The position numbers and the translations under genes were made by a program. DNA of 63,982 nucleotides, the filler included, from Intoshia linei (Eukaryota > Animalia > Orthonectida), in NCBI GenBank assembly GCA_001642005.1. It is 11 parts of 11 records of this genome, joined end to end, with 100 filler letters (N's around TTAATTAATTAA, not from the genome) between each part and the next. Parts side by side here need not be neighbours in the genome. Positions count along the whole stretch, not along the records: positions 62,760 to 63,982 come from LWCA01002720.1; 10 more parts are not named here. The stretch is one strand, 5' to 3'. The notes under the pieces were generated by a model that did no database searches, was not told the origin of the DNA, and was given only the letters and a program-made list of their open reading frames with translations. Positions 63,632 through 63,982 of this stretch are shown piece after piece; positions within the stretch are counted from its first letter, which is position 1, and every line of letters starts with the position of its first letter.

Positions 63632-63982
63632 CATTAGAGTGTTAACTTTTACTACTTTTGTCAATTAAAAAGTTTATTTCAGCATCTGGGTTTTTTGCTA
63701 TGCTAAACAAAATGGTAAAAAATTTTTTAATTTCATTAAAAATAACCTTCGCGCATTTGTCATTTATTTACAATTTTCCAAAAAATAAAAATAAAGTTAA
63801 TTTCAGTAAAAATTAGTAAATTTCCATCACTATTTGTGTACCTGTAGCCCTGGAATGGTGGGACTTCTATTATTTTCATGTGGTTACAACATTAATATAC
63901 ATTTCTTCGATTTGTGCTGTCAAAACTATTATATTCAAAAAGATATAGACGATAAATATTGCTGTTTGATATACCAATCATC

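Overview
This is very AT-rich eukaryotic (metazoan) nuclear DNA, not prokaryotic. Genes are split by GT-AG introns, many only 34-41 bp long, and the space between them is full of decayed DNA transposons and LTR fragments. The tiny introns, AT richness and animal gene set (collagen, CUB, EGF, MVP) suggest a compact parasite genome such as the orthonectid Intoshia; this is an unverified inference. Ten identical 100-bp linkers (N44-TTAATTAATTAA-N44) split the window into 11 contigs, and their adjacency is probably not real. Host genes reconstructed by hand: a CUB-domain protein with a probable TM exon, a gankyrin/PSMD10-like protein, a major vault protein-like gene that appears to stop after the repeat domains, the 3' end of NAD kinase, a CCDC74/92-like gene, the middle of HBS1-like GTPase, an interrupted collagen, an EGF-repeat gene and a very divergent histone H3 fold. 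Mobile DNA includes a Ty3/gypsy element with both LTRs, Tc1, pogo, hAT (Buster- and hATm-like), piggyBac, PIF/Harbinger-like and Sola-like remnants, and a multi-copy non-autonomous Helitron family. The best leads are: (1) the gypsy element has no tRNA PBS but a PBS-position 12-mer complementary to its own LTR, a self-priming signature, and no chromodomain; (2) an MVP with intact repeat exons but a decayed shoulder/cap; (3) a CenH3-like H3 fold inside a mostly co-oriented TE-fragment mosaic. All family assignments come from recalled motifs, not database searches.
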